In this document: piece after piece, positions 60,630 through 64,000 of the stretch
Layout of the letters: each line of letters begins with the position of its first letter
Position numbering within the stretch: the stretch's first letter is position 1
NCBI GenBank assembly: GCA_965287045.1
Contig: OZ336888.1
Span: forward strand, 35,464,001-35,528,000
Source of the DNA: Carcharhinus amblyrhynchos
Taxonomy: Eukaryota
Direction of reading: 5' to 3'
Length of the DNA stretch: 64,000 bases
Program-made: the position numbers and the translations under genes
The notes under the pieces: model-generated
Databases searched by the model: none
What the model saw: the letters and a program-made list of their open reading frames with translations, nothing else
What the model was told of the DNA's origin: nothing

Positions 60630-61290
60630 ATCCCTGTCAGTAAAATGAAGGAGATAGTCATCAACTTCAGAAAATGTATTGGAGGACATGCCCCTGACTA
60701 CATCAATGGAGATGAAGTTGAAATGGTCAACAGCTTCAAGTTTTTAAGGGTCTCTCCACACTGACACTTTGGTTAAGAAAGCCCACCAATGCCTCTACTT
60801 TGTCAGGAGACTAAGGAAATCCGCTGTGACTATCGCCACTTTTATAGATGCACCATAGAAAGCATCCTTTCTGGATGTATCATATCTTGATATGACTCCT
60901 GTTCTGACCAAGACCACAAGAAACTACAAAGAACAATGAAAGTAGTCCAGTCCATCACTCAAGCCAGCTTCCTACCCACTGATTCTGTCTGCACTTCCCG
61001 CTGCCTTGGCAAAGCAGTCGGCATAATCAAGGACCCCGTGCACCCCGGACATTCTCTCTTCCACCTTCTACTGTCAGGAAAAAGATACAAAAGTCTGAGA
61101 TCACCAACCTTATAATAAGTTGATCTTTCTTGACACCCTGGTTATGACTGTAACACTACTTCTGCTACCCCTCCTTTCCTTCTTTCCTATGTACTTTATA
61201 AATGGTATTTTTTGCCCATGTAGCATGTGAGAAACAATATTCACTGTATCCCAATACATATGACAATAATAAATCAAATCAGATCAATTG
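60630..61290 (+). mobile_element. Rex1/Babar LINE 3' fragment
   Basis: KMKEIVINFRK...YINGDEVEMVNSFKFL...RRLRK; AATAAATCAAATC tail; homologous to 2950-3700. Confidence 0.9.
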
Positions 61291-62039
61291 TACTATTGAA
61301 AACTCCCAGAGCAAGTACACTATGGATTGAATACAGAGTAAACCTCCCTTTACATTATTCAATCAAGTATGTTCAGGGCAGATACAGCAAGGGTTAACCG
61401 TGACGGTAGATGAACACCCTCCCTTTCATTTCCCCTCCAGCATCGCCTCAAAGGGAAAGCTGTAAATTTCATACATTTCATTTTTGGTGTTTATTTTCTT
61501 TCACCCTTCTTCCTGAATAGCTTCATTCCTTCCAATCTCAAAGTACACAGAGACAGAATGTGCTCTGTCATTTCTTTTCCTGATTTTAATTGTATTTTTC
61601 CTTTAATCTTTCTGCATTTTCCTGTCCTCTGCTCCCTATTGATCATTTCTGCTTGTGTAGTCTTTTTAAAAATCATTATTCATTTATTCAAACATACTGC
61701 TGTTCTTGCTTGATTGAATATTTAACTCCTTTGCCCCTTTTATCTGAAATAGAAAGTTTCTTGAATTAATGGAACGTTACATCTTAATGATAATCATTAA
61801 AAAAATTACATTTTAAGAAGCATTTCCCATCTTAATGCTTTGTATTACTTGGAAACTATTACCCGGCACATTAAGTGAGAGAATGACAGAGTATTCAGCT
61901 CTTAAAGAAGATTTGCATTCATCACATTTCCTGCAATTCATCTTAAAAACCCTCCACGTACTTTGAAGACCAGTGATTACTGTTATTTAGCAGCTCTGGT
62001 GGCCAATTTACAACTACGTGAAGGACAAGTATTGCCAGA

Positions 62040-62480
62040 TCACCAGGAGCCTGTTTGATTGGCAGCCCATCCACAAAGATTCACCCCCTCCCCCCCATCA
62101 ACGCACAGTGCCAGCTGTGTGTACCATCTACAAGACACACTGCGCAAACTCACCAAGGTTCTTTAAGCAGCACCTTCCAAACCCCCACACCCACAACCAA
62201 CTAGGACAAGAGCAGCAGATACCTGGGAACACCACCATGTGGAGGTTCCCCTCCAAATCGCTCACCATCCTGACTTGGAAATATATCACCATTTCATCAC
62301 TGCTGCTGGGTCAAAATGCTGGAACTCTCCCTCTAGCAGCACTGTAGATGTAATTACACCACAAGAACTGCATGGATTGAAGATGACAGCTCATCACCAC
62401 CTTCTCAAGGGCAATTAGGACTGGGCAACAAATGCCAGCCTAGAAAGTGATGTCCACATCCCATGAATAAATAAAGAATG
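62040..62480 (+). mobile_element. LINE 3' end sharing its tail with the second SINE family
   Basis: HQRTVPAVCTIYKTHC...; ends CCACATCCCATGAATAAATAAA. Confidence 0.75.
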
Positions 62481-63248
62481 ACTCCTTGCTGTTCTTTGAT
62501 TGGTACCATGGGATCTTCGCTCCCCAGTAGATGGAAAGACCAGTTTAACATTCCATCCAAAGAACATCTCCCCCTGCAATGTTACACATTCTCTATATCT
62601 AATCCATACTTCAATTCCACTTACCTGGCATGACCCCACACAACTTCACATCCTTAACCTCCAGCATCCGCAGCATGTTGAGGAGATTTTCAGATTTCCA
62701 GCAGGTTAGAACCTCGCCTGGCAGGAAAGTAGGTCCTGTGGAGACCAGTGGGACTGGGGCTGGGGCTGGGGAAGTGCATTGGTTGTTGGAGGCCAAAACA
62801 TTGGCACATTATTTTACCCACAGGAGTATGGCAACTCGGGGATTTTCACAGTAACTTCATTGCAGTGTTAATATAAGCCTACTTATGACTAATAAATAAA
62901 TAAACGCAGCATTGAATTTGTGCACAGGAAGATCCCACAAACAGCAAAAAAAAAGATGTTTGAAGGATTTCATGGTAAGTGTGGTAATATTAAGATGATT
63001 TTCAGTTACACATGTCAAATCTGCTCCAGAAAGAGCAGTTGCTCGGAGTAATTTCAAAGCATTGGTAGGCCCCGATGCTTCAGACCCCGTACTCTGTCTG
63101 TTCCCTGGAAGAACGAACAGGACAGGTGACAGAGGTAATTATTTATAGTGGGGGATGGGCAGATGGGTGGGATCTTACTGCTGATTTGTCAGGCTGTTGG
63201 TTTGTGATAGGTTGATACTTGTTAACATGACCAATCAGCAATGGAATC

Positions 63249-64000
63249 CTGTCCACATCAGTACCCGAAAGACCACCCCCCCCTCCCTGTCCACATCAGT
63301 ACCCGAAAAACCACCCCCCCTCTCCCTGTCCACATCAGTACCCGAAAGACCACCCCTCCCTCCCTGTCCACATCAGTACCCGAAAGACCACCCCCCCCTC
63401 CCTGTCCACATCAGTACCCGAAAAACCACCCCCCCTCTCCCTGTCCACATCAGTACCCGAAAGACCACCCCTCCCTCCCTGTCCACATCAGTACCCGAAA
63501 AACCACCCCCCCTCTCCCCGTCCACATCAGTACCCGAAAGACCACCCCCCCCCGTCCACATCAGTACCCGAAAGACCACCCCCCCTCCCTGTCCACATCA
63601 GTACCTGAAAGACCACCCCCCCCTCCCTGTCCACATCAGTACCTGAAAGACCACCCCCCCTCCCTGTCCACATCAGTACCCGAAAGACCACCCCCCCCGT
63701 CCACATCAGTACCCGAAAGACCACCCCCCCCGTCCACATCAGTACCCGAAAGACCACCCCCCCCGTCCACATCAGTACCCGAAAGACCATCCCCCCCCGT
63801 CCACATCAGTACCCGAAAGACCACCCCCCCCTCCCTGTCCACATCAGTACCCGAAAGACCACCCCCCCCTCCCTGTCCACATCAGTACCCGAAAGACCAG
63901 CCCCCCCCCGTCCACATCAGTACCCGAAAGACCATCCCCCCCCGTCCACATCAGTACCCGAAAGACCACCCCCCCCTCCCTGTCCACATCAGTACCCAAA
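63249..64000. repeat. C-rich minisatellite, ~33-39-bp unit (GTCCACATCAGTACCCGAAAGACCACCCCCCCCTCCCT), about 20 copies, running off the window
   Basis: Direct tandem array. Confidence 0.97.

Larger units (their letters stand above)
58733..61163. repeat. ~180-bp direct duplication (58733-58911 = 60983-61163)
   Basis: Both copies share an internal deletion that is absent from the Rex1 copy at ~3110-3190. Confidence 0.9.

Noticed and set aside
63197-64000. Pro-rich ORFs and a CRISPR-like look (constant ~25-nt core with variable gaps)
   Set aside because: The gaps are only C-run length variants, not unique spacers; eukaryotic context with no cas genes

Overview
Vertebrate, almost certainly elasmobranch (shark), intergenic or intronic DNA made mostly of nested transposable-element remnants. 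These include HE1-type V-SINEs and two other tRNA-derived SINE families, CR1 LINEs (one subfamily very young), Rex1/Babar and L2 LINEs, Penelope-like elements with hammerhead-ribozyme motifs, solo LTRs, and PIF/Harbinger-type DNA transposons and MITEs. There is also a 68-bp satellite and three G/C-rich minisatellites. I see no intact protein-coding gene, rRNA, tRNA gene or CRISPR array, and the long ORFs in the track come from TEs or tandem repeats. The most notable items are: (1) an ~870-bp insert carrying an NFX1 coding fragment, intron-like sequence and a terminal SINE, sitting antisense inside another SINE, which looks like SINE-tail-mediated retrotransposition of a host pre-mRNA; (2) a ~195-bp U2-snRNA-headed, AATAAA/A-tailed retroposon; (3) three Penelope insertions with a shared inverted architecture, one being a near-perfect 94-bp-arm palindrome; (4) three local templated duplications of 170-240 bp; (5) G-rich minisatellites expanded inside Harbinger-type elements. 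Family names come from recognised motifs, not database searches, and many boundaries are approximate.
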